Assembly: GCF_009834535.1 (NCBI RefSeq)
Contig: NC_045698.1
Location: forward strand, 15,130,001 to 15,194,000
DNA: 64,000 nt
Source: Camelus ferus
Lineage: Eukaryota
Direction: 5' to 3'
Shown: positions 1 to 13,644 of the stretch, in pieces
How positions within the stretch are numbered: the stretch's first letter is position 1
Layout of the letters: every line of letters starts with the position of its first letter
Made by a program: the position numbers and the translations under genes
The notes under the pieces: generated by a model
Seen by the model: the letters and a program-made list of their open reading frames with translations, nothing else
Told to the model about the DNA's origin: nothing
Database searches by the model: none

Positions 1-1272
1 GAAACGGTGTGTGGTTCTACCAAATGATTCAGTGTTTCTTTAAGCCTAGAGAAGTTAAAATTTCAAAATTAACACTTTGTAGATGATTATCACTGAAAAA
101 GTATGTTATGCAATCTACTTATATAATAGGTCAAAAGTAAGAGAAATCCAACACAACAAGCAAAGCCCAAAGTGTTTTGTGTCTCATTTCCTACCCCAAT
201 AAAATGATTTGAGCTGGAGCCAGTAGCTCGACATGGAGCAGAGTTAAGACTGTTGAATCAATTTTAGAGGTTATTGACAATATAAGCAGAAGTATCAGTT
301 TTAGAGGATTGATGTTCTAAGTATCTCTGAAAGACCCAGCGTGGTTGTCTTGCGCCTGAGAAATAGTTGGGAAGTTTTATTTAACCTGTTTTCTCTTATA
401 GCAATGCTTAAGAAAGTAGGGATGAGAGTTGAGTCAAATCCCATCCTTTCCTCCATAGCAACACATAACCACAACTTCACTAATAATCAAAGGCATATTC
501 ATTGAATAGAACATAATTAAAAAGATGTAGAATTTTTGTTTTACTGATATATTATTCAATCCATAAGGTGGACATTGAGGAATGGTTTCTATATTCCGGC
601 CATGGTACCCAAAATGATTTGACTAATATTTTTGACACAAAATAAAGAATATACAAATGGGACCAGTACTGAATTTCTAAATGAGGACAAATCTAATAAA
701 CAAGCAAAGCAAATGTTATTACATGTGTTCAGATGAATTTCTATAGCTTATTATGAAAATCTGTTTTACTGTTATCAGAGCTACTAGAGATAGGCTTATC
801 AAACATGAATGGTGATTAAGCGTTGATTTTCCAAATCTATGACGTTCAGTATACCAGAGAAATGCAATAGCTTCAACTCTGATTTTGGAATATTAAACAT
901 TGTCTTCTTAAAATTTCTAGCAAAACTTTCAACAGCGTCCATTAATACATTATATTGGACAATTTAGTCTCTGAATTAATCAGAGTCTAAAGACTAAATT
1001 AAAATCACTGAGAATGTATGCATCTTTGTTTACTTATATAAAATCTTTACAAAATGATACTGGTCAGCAAAATTAGAATTAGAAGGTGAATATGGTAACC
1101 TTAATTCTAATATTGCCTTTTAAAAATATAACTTTACAAATAAGTAAAGTTTTTTTTTTCAAACACATAGAACATTTTTTCCAGTTCAAAAATAAACCAT
1201 TTAATGATGATCTACTATTTAACAAGTATATCTTCTAGAAACAAAAACACACAAATAATGTACAACCAGGCA

Positions 1273-1276
<4 letters not shown>

Positions 1277-1304
<28 letters not shown>
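1277..1304. repeat. T28 homopolymer
   Basis: Direct reading; no attached retrocopy recognised. Confidence 0.9.
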
Positions 1305-1914
1305 GGTTTGAGAGGTAGCTTTGTGAAAGAGCAAACAGACAAACAACAACAACAAGGAAAACAATGCAGAGGCATTCCAGATATAATATAAAAATTTGCA
1401 GATACAGAATTAGGGCAAAAGGAGGAGTGTTTGGAAACTCAGGTAAGGGTTGACTAAAGAGGTGATACCCGTGATGTGGGTGTTGTGATGTTAGTGTGCT
1501 TGTTTGACAATAAAAAAAGAACTCTCCAGGAATGTCCACAGGCAGAGAAAAAATGCGTGTACATAACATGACAGTTAGAATCTATTTGGAAAAGTGAGGT
1601 TGTGGAAATCATAAATGATGGGGAAAAAAATCTGCATACAATATTCAGAAACTTATGTCACTTTTGGAAGTATTGAATGATATTAAACAAAGAAGTATGA
1701 GTTGAATAGATAATACATTTTGCAGGGGATTAGTTTTGGAGCCAGTTGGCCTGCAAAAGTAAGATCAGAATACAGTAAAACATTTTATTGAGGTCTATTG
1801 TTAAGTCTCTGTTAAAGATTATGCTAAAACCTGTCTTAAGACAAGATAGATGTGAAAAAAATATGAAGCTATATGAAGTATATTAGAGAAATAAAATTAA
1901 AAAAAACCTCATTC

Positions 1915-2675
1915 TCAAAACCATTCAAACTCAACATCCATTATGTCTCATCATTTCTATCTGTAAAATATAATTTGCCTCTATCCAGTAATCTTTGCAT
2001 TGTCACAATTTTAGTACAAGCGGCAATCATCTCTCACCTGGAATCCTGCCCCAGATACTTCATTATAGTCCCTCTGACCTCTTCTGAACCTCTCTCTTTA
2101 CTAAACACAATGTGTTTTGTAAAACGTTGTACAAAACTTTGTCCAAAACACAAGTGTGATCATTGATGCAATTGGAAGTGGAATTGTGCACCAGTGAAGG
2201 CCAGTGAAGACCAATTTCCTTAATGTGGTCATGACCGCTCTTCATGGTCTGGCTCCTTCCTATCCCCCCAAGCCATCTGCAGCATTGCTTACTCCTTTCC
2301 AGCCATGCTAGTATCCTTTCTCTTTTTCATAGGGTCTTTGCTCTTTCCCTGGAAGGCCAAACTGTCCCTTCTGGTTGAGCTGAATGCTATTTGTTCTTCA
2401 GTTATCAGCAGAAGCATGGCTCCTTTGAGGAATAATTACTGATGTCCCTAAGGAAATTAAATGCCTCTGTTTCACATTCTCATAGGATTAATTCTTTTCC
2501 TTTGTAACACCTCTCATCTCCAAAATTTTACATGCATTTATGATTGTTTGATTGATATTTTACTCTTTCATTAGAATGAAATGACATGGAAGAGGGAATT
2601 GTTATGATTTTGTTGACCAGACTCTACCCTTCCTTGACATATAATAGGCATGTATTAATTATTTTTGAATCAATC
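1915..2675 (+). mobile_element. L2 LINE 3' fragment
   Basis: L2-like motifs caaactcaacat, catctctcacctgga, ccagccatgctag, attagaatg...gaagagggaa and the terminal tgacatataataggca...ttgaatcaat. Confidence 0.65.
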
Positions 2676-3019
2676 CTCTAAGGCTATATTGTGGAAGTTC
2701 AGATTAGTAGACTAAAATCATTCCTTTTTTAATAAAAATGAAGAGTGGCTAAAAGTTTTTCAGCAGGGGAGTTTAAGTAATGGAAGATGCATTGTAAGAC
2801 AAATCTGAAATCAATACGGAAGATGGATTAGGTAGAAGAGACAGAAGATCCAGAGAGCAGGAAGGGCAGTGAGTGAAGGCAGGCTAAACTAGGAAGCTGC
2901 CAGTTGGGAGGAAAACATGGAGACCCAGGAAAAAAATAGACTGTAAAGGTAAACAAGGACAATTTTAATTAAAATGAAAGGCACAGATAAAAACAGCCAT
3001 GGAAAAAAGAAAATGTTTT

Positions 3020-3205
3020 AAATATGAATAAAATCAACGAATACTATTAACTTTCTATAATGTATTTGGAATTTTAGATAAACAATATTACAAAATAAAC
3101 AACTTATCAAAAGGGAATCAAGAAGAAATTAAACTTTATTCATTTAATAATCATTTAATATTTTAGTAGTTAAATATCTTCTCATAAAGAAATGCCTGGG
3201 ACTGT
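3020..3205 (+). mobile_element. Old L1M ORF2 fragment
   Basis: gaatcaagaagaaatt...aaatatcttctcataaagaaatgcctggga resembles the LNQEEI...NLP.KKSPGP coding region. Confidence 0.45.
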
Positions 3206-4408
3206 CCTTGGCTGAGGGTCCCTACATGAGAAGGGCTCAGAATGGAGTTGTTTGGGCTAAGAATGCAGATCTCTGTGAGTATGGACAGCTTTAACCTGGG
3301 CATGAAAGCCCCAGGGTCTGGCCCCTTCTTTTTTGCCACAGTGGATACAAGCCTGAGTTTTTTTTTTTTTTTAATCTTTCTGTTTTTTTTTTTTTTAATG
3401 TAAGTTTTATGTTCTGAGACAGGTTGTGCATTCTCTGATTTATGCCTCGTCCCCCACCCAGCAGCCGCCTCTTGTTCATATTACTTGCCTGGATATTGAA
3501 GGCATTCAAAATTATAACCACTTCCTCCAAATGACAATGTTCTAAACTTTTCTTTATCCAGTGTTGATCTCCAACTTTGAAATATTGGAAAAGTCACTAC
3601 ATAAATATTTATAGCAGTAGTGTTTTCGAATATCTTTGTTGTACATTTGGAAAAATTTAACATACCAAATGAATAACAGAGATTTCTCCACGTCTGCATA
3701 CTCAGTGTCAGATTAAAGTGCCAGAAGCAATTGTTGGTTGTTTCAGTTACCAGGACCAATATTTCTAGTAGCCTTTCACTCACAAAGCCATCAGAATTGA
3801 CTTCGTATAATTTGACCAACTGTATTTTAATTTTCTGAGATTTTCTTTTGCAACATATTTGATATTTCAGATATTACATGTTATTTATCTGAGGTAAGCC
3901 ATTTTTATTTTCAAAAAATGGACTAATTTTGAGTAACTAATTAGAATTGGAAGCTAAAAGGTTAATAACATTAAACAGGACAAAAAAAGCATTCAATTAT
4001 CATTAGTTATTATTACAAACAAAAAAATTGGGTATTTATAGCATGTGGATACATAATATATTTTACAGAATATGGGTACGTTGCTACGTAGAAAGACAGA
4101 TGGATGTATTTCTGTGATTGAAATGAGTTCTTCACTTTGAAATGAATTCTCTGGACAAGTTCCATAGAGAATAATAGTATTATATCGTTCAGGTAATCCT
4201 AAAGTGGCATTTTAAAATTAATTGCTCTAAGCCAACCTATATTTTGAGAAAAATTATATTAAAAGTCATAACTAATTATCTCCCACTTGCTATTTAGCTC
4301 CAATATGATCTCTCATTTGGTAGCTCAGATTGAATTGATATTTGTCTGGATATTTTATATTCATAATTTGCATGTTCTCTCACAGATTCCATTAAAACAA
4401 TTTTTATC

Positions 4409-4681
4409 AACTCACAGATAAAGAAAACAAACTAGTGGTTACCAGTGAGGAGAGGGAATGGGCGAGGGGAGAAAAGGGTAGGAGACTGAGAGGTACAAAC
4501 TACTATGTATAAAACAAGTAAGCTACAAGGATATGTTGTCCAGCACAGGGAATATAGCCAACACTTTACAATAACTATAAATGTTGTATAACCTTTAAAA
4601 ATTGTGAATCACTATATTGTACACCCGAAACTTGTATAATATTGTACATCAACTAAACATCAATTGTAAAAAAAAAAAAAA
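4409..4681 (+). mobile_element. 5'-truncated L1 3'UTR with poly(A) (L1MA/laurasiatherian type)
   Basis: aacaaactagtggttaccagtg...gaggtacaaactactatgtataaa...gcacagggaatatagccaa...gaatcactatattgtacac followed by an A14 tail. Confidence 0.9.
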
Positions 4682-4984
4682 GGATTTAGCAAGTATCTTT
4701 CTTCAGAAAAAAAGCTGGGTGGCTGATTTCTATTGGACCACAAAAGCACCACTTTCTTGGTCTACAGCAGCTCTGTCAGCAGAAATAAGGGTAGAAAGAC
4801 TGTATTTGCATGATGCAATCCATGGAACAAGAGGTTGGCTAGAACTAGAATGAGCTCTGCCCACCGTGGCTGGCTGAAAGGGTCAGGAGGAATGACAAGA
4901 AATAAATAAAGGGAAAAGTCCCTCAGTTTTGACTAAATCAAAATTTGAAAACAATATATCTCACACCAAAGTACATGGGAAGTG

Positions 4985-5495
4985 TGACAGCTTGAATTAG
5001 CAGCCCAGATTTTTCAACTTGCATCAGTGTCTTTCCACGTGAGACGTCTCAGTTCCTCCCAGTCTACTAATGAAGCAGTAAAGGTGGACTTCAGTTTCCT
5101 ACCACTCACATCTGGGCCCAGCATGTTTTGCTATGGCTGATGGAATATTTGCATTTGCCACAGGCAACAAAGGCATGGAATGTACTCGTGTGGTTGGTCT
5201 TTAGCTCTTCCCCTTCTGCTATTACTGTGAAAAGCACCTACCCCACTAGCCTACCTGTTCAATGAGGATGAGAGACATGGAGAGCAGACCAAGCCTCTCA
5301 CGTGCTGAGCCAGGAGCCAGAAGTGTGGGACCTCATTTCATCCCGGCAGGAAGTGCCCGCTTTGAGAGATGCATCTGATGAAGCGTCTATTCACCAATGC
5401 AGCAGGAGATCCTGGAGTCATCTAGCACCCAGAAGGAAGCCAGTGGATTTGAGGGGTAGTTCATTGTGCAGAATTATTGAGACAATGACTAATAC
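4985..5495 (+). mobile_element. Old MaLR LTR (MLT1H/I/J-like)
   Basis: gaggatgagagacatggagagcagacc...aagccagtggatttgagggg...gactaataca terminus. Confidence 0.6.
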
Positions 5496-8400
5496 ATTAA
5501 GTAATAGAGGGTTCATTTTGTTTTCATCTTCACACATACACAAAAACATTGACAGAGAAAAGTAATTTTAGTAAACAATATTCAGAAAACTAGAGTCAGT
5601 TTCTAAAGAAAAGGAGAAAAATACAGTAGTACTTTATGTGATGGATGGAAGAGGCTTGAGTTAATGAAAGGAGATGGAAGAAGAGGAAGTAAGTAAATAG
5701 GAAAGGAATAAAAGAATTTTAGAGATGAAGGAATCTTATGGGGAGCTCATTTCAACTATTTAATTCCTCACAGAAGGAAATGATGTCAAGAGTTATTTGT
5801 TCTAAATCATTGCTGTTTAATGTCATGCCTGAGCCTGATATAAATATTACCTGGCTTTTATCCATGAGATTATTTTAATATATTATACTTTCTCTTAGGG
5901 GTAAAGCCAGCATTATTCAATTATTTTCCCTTATATATCGTTATATCTTATGGAGTTATAGTAGCTGATAGTGCTATTTTAAAACAACGATGGTTTTAAT
6001 AAAAGATGAAGCAAATATTAACTCATTTGATGAGCACCATGTCAGTTAAACACAATATCAGTCCAACACATATCTGCCATACTCTTTATGTTGGAAACCT
6101 GAATTACTATTTCAGTTACAGAGCAAGACAACTCTGGAGAGTAGCCATAGCCTGCTCTATTCTGGAAGATGAAAGGAATCAAACATGATATTCCCCAACC
6201 AGAAAAACACTCACCTATCTCAGGTATATAAAAATAATTTAAAACTTCTTCAAATTTAAACAATGTAATTATTTAATAGGCCATGGCTTTATTACACATA
6301 TTTATAATGTTAAAATAAACTTTAAAAACAACCAAAACCCAAAACCCAAAACCCACCCCCCAGCATAAAAACAGTGCATTCCTTGGCTAGACTGATGTAC
6401 AAACAAAACATGTTAATGATTTTAGAACATTTGAATGATAATATCTATTCTTGTGTCAACTCATTCCAGAAGAACATTGAAGAGCTCCAACCACTAGTGA
6501 CTTCACCATTCACTTGTTTCATGAGATAAAAAAAAAAAAAAAAATCATGAAATTTATGATATATCTAAAAGATACTTTAAATAGTAGTACTTTTCTAACT
6601 TTCTTTTTCTGATGAGTATTGACAGCCAGGAATCCTTAGACTGCACTGAGATGAAACAATGACCATAATGAGTCTCTCTCTCTCTCTCTGTCCCTCTTTC
6701 CTTTTCTCCCTCTTTCCCAAGGGTCATATATGTCTTGGTCCTGTAAGTGATTCTGTAGGTTATCTTCTTTATTTTTTGCCAATATACACTTGACTATATG
6801 ATTCCTTTTCTGTCTGATTCTTTTTTTTTCCCTGAGACTACTGCTAAATAATATTCTTCTTCCTGATTCTGAGTACTCTGATAAATGTTGTTGACTTAAG
6901 GTTATATGTCCATTCCATTAACTGATCAATGTTTCTACCCTCCATCCTGATGCCAGGAGTTCCCATTGGCATAAAGAGTACATGTAATTAATCAAGAGAG
7001 TAGTCATCAATAAAACAAATCATTAAACAGAAGACAAAAATGTCAACACATGTGCAATCAATTAAATGGAAATTAAGAACGAATACCTAATATTTACATA
7101 TGTCAGCCTAACTTGATTCCGACCATTGTAACTGCTTTGTTCTTACAGCTAGCTATTGCCATTTGTTAGTCATACAAAAATGCAGAATCATTTTATAGCC
7201 CAAAAGTCAAAATCTTGATTTTTATCTAGTCCTCTTCATCGTCCCCTTTTCTTCCCTTCTTAAATAATTCAGTTCAAAAACTTCTATGTGTGGCTGAGCA
7301 AGGTAGGTCAGTATCTGCCCGAAAAAGAGAGGTGAGAAACTATAGCATCCTAGTGGTTGTTCAGAGTTCAAGCTGAATAAGGAGGACTTCTGCCTGGAAG
7401 GTCAACCCCGTGAGTGTGATGTTCAAGGTTATAAGGAGAAAGAAGGGTGTCCCTGAGGTGGAGAGAACAAAAGTGGATGCTGGAGCATGAGTGGGGTCAT
7501 CAGGGAGTTTACATAGGGTAGATTTTGGGTGTCACTTATAAGAGGAGAATTGGTTACATACTGCAGAATTGGTCAAATAAACCAATATATAAACATATGG
7601 GATTTTTTCATAATGTTCACATCATCGATTGATTGAACTTGCTTTTTATTTATAAACAGCCTGCAGTCATAGATCTGCTGGATTGAATAATCTTGACTGT
7701 CATTTGGGACTTCCTTCTCTTCTTTACTTCCATTTAGAAAATAAATTCTGCTCAGATCTCCTTTCCTGGCCATTTGCAGCCGGATAAAGATGGCAGAAAT
7801 CCTCCCCTAGCAATGCTACATCCGTATATTAGTGAAGGGGGAGGGTCCTGCTAAAACAGGCCTCCGGCATGTTCCAAGCAGATCATTTCCAAGTCACAGA
7901 ATTGCTGAGCTAGAGCAGAAACTTCACAGGGTTCTATTTCAGTGTTGAGAAATTGGAGAGACCAGCATACGGGGAAAAAATTGAGTTAAAAACTTTCAGT
8001 TAAAAAAAATGTTTTCTTAATACTTTCAGTAGAATAGAATAATAACCTTTTAAAAGCCCTTCTCAATAATCTTTCACGCAACATCGCACCAGCTCAACCG
8101 ACAAAGACGCGGGGTCACTACTTTCGTCTAACCATCTATCTCATCTTTATCACTTTATTGACTTTCTCCTTTCAAATGTCTTGAATATTGAATTCCAATT
8201 TCCTCCTTAAAGACACATTTCTTATAATGATGTGCAAACAGTTACACAATGGTTGTTTAGGAAAAATTCATTATAGTCCATTACTGAAGTCACAATGTAG
8301 GTACAAGCACTTTGGATCAGACAAGGAGCTCTATTGAGTAAGTTGCTGCCATAGCTCCGATGTGGGAAGTTTCTAATAAAAGTTCTATTTCTGGGTAGCA

Positions 8401-10631
8401 TATTTCAGTATGGTATATTCAGATGCTGCCCACTGTTTTTGTACAGCTTCTTTGTATGCTAGTATGCATATATGAACCTTCTTTTATAGAATGTATTATG
8501 CCCACATCAGAAAAACAAAGGATGGTGGTTTTGAGAAGTAGAAAATCAAGTAGGCATGCTTTCTTTCAATTTTAAAAAAAGTCTCTTTTCAGCTCTGTTG
8601 AAAAATGCACATTACATGACATGACATTTATGCTGAAATCAGGTATGAGTTATGTGAGAATGGAGGTTGAGTTTTGACAGAAAATTTTGCATTTATTACC
8701 TCTTTCTAAGGAAAGGTAATGAAGCAAGAAATGGTCACAAATAATAAGAAGCAGTTGAATACACAGCCATCTCTACCCTCAAAATTTTCAACCTCTATGA
8801 AGAAATATGCAGTTCTTTCAATCTTGTGTTAATATATGTAAAACAGTCTCCATTTTCTGAAGATTTTCTTATATGACCTTCAAATGTCAGACATTTCTCT
8901 GCAACTTCAGATAATGCATAATATTTTAGTTTTGACTCACCACTTGATTTTAATTCAGACTCAGCTCCCATAAATGATTTATTCTCTCTTGAATTTACTA
9001 ATCTCATCCTTATAAATTGTTTTTATGTTGACCAATTAGTTAATTAGAACATTGTGTTATTGACATCCCTTAGCAATAAGTTTGTAATGCTTATAGGTAA
9101 TTTAGTGTTGAAGAAAGAAAACTTTTTTTTTTTTTTTGCTGGAGAAAACTTACATGGGCAGCCATTACATAAGGGAATGTCCTTGGTGAAATAACACAAA
9201 TGGTTTTTAAAGCTGCACACCTAGGTATTGATAAAGTGAAACATTTAAAAATTTCTTTAAATCCAATTTCTTAATTTTTAAAACTACATTGTAATGGGCT
9301 CATGGGAAACTCAGTCCCAGCTATGATTGCTACTTGCTGCTTAGACATTGTACAAAAATTCTAGGTTTTTACACACATCTCCAAAGCACTTTGATGCTTC
9401 TTTGATCATGGTGATCCGTCCCCACTGGTCACCACCAAGAAATGCATTGTCTCATCTGAAAAGCTTTTATCAGGTTCTAAGAATCTTCTGTTTTCAGGCA
9501 ATTCAAGGGGCAAGGGAAACTTTGATGATGCTAGAAAACATCTGAGGCTCAGTCATCCATCTACAGCTTTCCAGGAGAAAGACATACAGATGTCTATCCC
9601 CTTCCAAGTCAGGGAAGAAAAATAATCTCATCTCTTACTGTCCTGAAAGTTCCTTAACTCCCTCCCCCACCTCTCCACCCCTAAACAAATCTAATGCATA
9701 CCATTTATTATGTTTGTACTTTTCAAAAGGCAACAACTGCTAATCGAATCAAGGATTATTTGCTTTGAATATTGTAAATATCCCTGGAGTGAGAGACTAT
9801 GAAAAGTCTGGAACTACTTGGAATAGGAGAAGGGAAATAATAGGAACAAAGTAAAACAAAACGCATCACTCAACAAATTAGATTGAAACAATAAAAGATG
9901 ATGGGAGGGCTCTAGGAGAATTTTCATTACCTGAAAAACAGTATCAATGGTCGTTTATGTGAGATTCCTATAAAAACAAATAACCCAAGATTGTAATGAA
10001 AGGAATATATAATTACGTTATTTTTTTCACAGAAGAAATTTAAAAATCCACTGATGTTATAGAAGGCAGTGCATATAATTGCTTGTTATTTAATCTACCT
10101 TAAATCAATCCTTAGGTAGTGGCAATAATTGGAAGAGTTTAGTGAAATGGGAACTATACAATTACAAAAATTCTTAGTCGTGTTTCTGTAACTAATATGA
10201 TTGCGCAAAGCCAATCTTTAGGGAAAAGAAAACAACAGGAAATATACTTGGACTTAGTGGATTTATTTCTACTCTTTATTCAATAACATATACTGAGGAC
10301 AAAATTTTAGGAAGTAAATTGGCTTACCTGAAGAAATTTTAAAAAGTTAAAACTGTAGGTCACATAGATCTTACATTCTTGTGGGAGAAGACAGACTATG
10401 AATGCATAGCAGATAAGACACATTCTGAGTTATTAAGAAAGGAAAAGGGAAAGCCTCGTGATTCCTGTGATTGAAGGCAGTTGGGAGACAGGTGTTATTT
10501 ATCCAGAATAGCTAGGGGAAACCTTTTTGAAAGAAAACTTTTAAGCTGGGAACTAACTAAATGGTGAGAAAATCCATCTATGATAAAATCTGGATAAAGA
10601 GCATTCTAAGTCAAATTGATAGTAAATGCAA

Positions 10632-10755
10632 CCTATAATGAAAAAGAATATGAAAAGGAATATATGTATGTGTACATATGGCTGAAACATTATGCTGTAC
10701 ACCAGAAATTGACACAGCATTGTGAACTGACTATAGTTAAAAATTTTTAAAAAAG
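10632..10755 (+). mobile_element. Short L1 3'-end stub with 11-bp TSD
   Basis: tataatgaaaaagaatatgaaaaggaatatatgtatg...tgctgtacaccagaaattgacac. AGTAAATGCAA at both 10621-10631 and 10756-10766. Confidence 0.9.
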
Positions 10756-10798
10756 AGTAAATGCAAATTGTATGATACAGACACAGAAGAAAGTAAAG

Positions 10799-11267
10799 AT
10801 ATTCGTTCCCTACAGTTGCTGTAACAGATTACCATAAACAGTGCTTTAAAACCATAGAAATGTACTCTCTCACAATTCCGAAGCCTGGAAATCTAAAGTC
10901 ACTGAGCTAAAATCAAGATTCCGACTGGGCTGCCATCCCTCCAGAGGCTCCATTCCTTGCTCTTGCCTCTTCCAGCTTCTGATGGCTGCCAGCATTCCTG
11001 GGTTTGTTGCCACAGCATTCGTTTCTGCCTCCATGATCATACTGCCACTTTCTCTTCTGGGTCTAATCTACTTCTGCCTCCTTTTTATAAAGACACTCCC
11101 AATTGCATTTATGGCACATTCAAAAAATTCTGAATAAACTTTCCATCTCAAGATCACTAATTTAATCACAGGTACAAAGTTATTTTTTTCACGTAGGGTA
11201 ACATTCACAGGTTGTGGGGATTAGGACATACGCATATTTGGCATCCATTAATCATGACACCACAACA
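10799..11267 (-). mobile_element. MaLR LTR (MLT1B/C-like)
   Basis: gttgctgtaacagattaccataaac...tctcacaattc...cttccagcttctgatggctgccagcattcct...ttccatctcaagatc...gattaggacat. Confidence 0.85.
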
Positions 11268-11408
11268 AATGTGGCTGAGACAGAGGGATAGAATAAAAAG
11301 GGTTGGGGGAGCTAAGGTCCAATAAATAGTGATGAGTCAGATTATTTTGTTCTTTTAAATCAAGATAAGAACTTCACGTTTTATTCTGATATCAATACAG
11401 TTGAGCTT

Positions 11409-11513
11409 TTTTTTTTTTAAATTGAGGTACAGTTAATTACAATGTGTTGATTTCTGATGTACAGCTCAATGTCCCAGTCATGCATATACATACATATATT
11501 CGTGTTCATATTT
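11409..11513 (-). mobile_element. Short L1 3'-end stub with 15-bp TSD
   Basis: Poly-T then aattgaggtacagttaattacaatgtg...gtcccagtcatgcatatacatac. AATACAGTTGA(G/C)CTTT at 11394-11408 and 11514-11528. Confidence 0.88.
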
Positions 11514-11517
11514 AATA

Positions 11518-11761
11518 CAGTTGACCTTTGAACAACAGGGTTTTGAACTTACAAGAAGGTATCTTTCAATGGTAAATACTACAGTATTACTCAATCCTTG
11601 ATTGGTTGAATCCAGGGATGTAGAACTGTGGATATGGATATGGAAGAATCTCGGAAATAAAGAAACCCTGTAGAAGGAGGATCAGCTATAGCTTATAGGC
11701 AGATTTTTGACCATGTAGAGGTTTGGCGCTCCTAACCCCTACGTTTTTCGAGGGTCAGCTG
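11518..11761. mobile_element. MER8-like Tigger (TcMar) MITE
   Basis: TIRs CAGTTGACCTTTGAACAAC ... TTTTTCGAGGGTCAGCTG with TA on both sides; internal ggttgaatccagggatgtagaactgtggata. Confidence 0.85.
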
Positions 11762-11769
11762 TAGTAAGC

Positions 11770-12600
11770 TACTAGTGGATCAGCAGTGTTGGTAGAAGTT
11801 AATCAGAGTGACATGGTCAAAGGTATTATTTGGAAAACTCAATCTGACCTGTAAAGTACCACCCTGGTTACAGAAATATTATTTAGAAATTTGTTGCTAT
11901 GGTCCAGAAACAAGCTTACTATGGCTCAGACTAGCATTTTAGCAGTAGAGATGGTAGACTCCCCCTATCTGGAATATAATGTAGACACAGTGCTAGGTGA
12001 TCTATTGAATGACTGCACACTATATGTGAAGGAATAAAGCGAACACATACCAGCAAATTACTTTTAGACTTTTAGTTTGAGCAACTGAGTGCATGATAAA
12101 GTTACCTTCTAAGAAGTAGAACACTGGTGAGAAGTGGGTAAGTGTATAGAGGTGACTGCAGGTCTGATTTGGGCATTTTAAGGGAGATTTGTTTACTATA
12201 CATCCAAGGAGCAATTATAGAAAATATAATTTGATGTTAAAGTTTCAACCACAAAGAGGGCTTAGAACTGCAGATGTAGAAATGGAGGCATCAGCACCCA
12301 ACCAGGATACAGAGTAGTGGACAGATTCAAGAGAAAGTGAATGATTGGATGTATAAACCATGGAGGATGGACAAGTCAAGAGGACCTCAAGCTTTCTGGC
12401 TTTGGAAATATGATGGATTTTGGTTCTATTTATTGAAATAGAGACCATGGAACAGAGGAATGGTTCATAGCCCCACAGCAGAAAGCTAGGTCCACTATAT
12501 ATAGGTGGGGTTTCACATGTCTCTGAGATATTTCCATAAGATATGGTAGAAATGAGGATAAAAAAATTCATTTAAAGAGGAATCAGAAATCAGGGTGAAA
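11770..12600 (-). mobile_element. L2 fragments (also at about 10350-10620 and 11280-11390)
   Basis: tttgagcaactgagtgcatg, gttaccttctaagaagtagaacactgg, gggctt...cagatgtagaaatggaggcatcagca. Confidence 0.65.
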
Positions 12601-13644
12601 ATATATGAGATTTATTATCTTTATTGTTTTCTATGTGATATAGACTTGGCAAAACAAGAGGCTGGAGAATGATTAGACATAATTATATATGAATAATTAA
12701 ACGTGAAGAATGTAGGCAAAGAAACATAAAGGATGACCATGTCTAATAAGAATGCATGATTACTCATTAATAGTAAAAAATACACAATAATCTTAGATAA
12801 GGTAAACTGATAAGATCCTGAAGAGACACAGGAGTATAGAAAAAAAATGCTTGGTGGAAACAATATTATTTTCTAAAGCTTTATCTTAATGAGTTCTTAT
12901 TTAAATGTAAGTAAAATACACTTTTCTAAGTTTATAACATTTTACGTTATGGTTTTTACAGACTGTGTTTTCTTACCTGCTCCTTCCCAAGACCTTTGCT
13001 CTTGTTTTGTCTTTTTGTCTTTTTTGTCCTGTTCAACTTTTCAGAGCATCATATTAATAGTAGAAATTATACATATATGCAAATACACATATGCACATAC
13101 ACATATATATATCCAATTTAGTCAATATATTTTTTCTTTTTCCCCAGTAGCTCTAAGTGTATTTAATCAGTACAGAAGGTTTATTAGTTCTTTAAGGAAA
13201 GGAAAATAATATTTCATAAACATTAAAATTATATTTTGAATATTTTTTTCTAAATCCTAAAAAAAACTGATATAATTGATTTTAAATGATTAAAAATGTA
13301 CTTAATTCAGGTAAATGGTAGCATATGTTCTATTGTAACAGCTGGTTTAAAAACACTTATGTTAACACAAATAAACTTCCTATTGATGTAAATTTTGGCT
13401 TGTTCATGGAATTATTGACTCTATATGTTACTTTAGAGGCTACCTTGATCAATGTCCCATGCAATATGTAATCCTTAGCTGAGAACAGAAATTTCCTCTT
13501 CCTTAAAATTAATTCATTGTGTGCAGGTCTGCTGATTTCATCTGCAGTTGGTATTCTTTTCTTTCTACTTCCTGTCTCTCAAATTCAGATTCAAGCAAGT
13601 GATAATGCAAGAGATTCTCTGCAAAAGTTCCTTCCTTTTCCTCT

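Noticed and set aside
1273..1569. 98-aa ORF ending in poly-Lys; possible retrocopy at the T28 tract
   Set aside because: The Lys run is just the homopolymer. No TSD, poly(A) signal or recognisable parent gene.
5036..5051. 12-bp palindrome TGAGACGTCTCA overlapping an E-box
   Set aside because: Many 12-bp palindromes are expected by chance in 64 kb, and it lies in an LTR relic.
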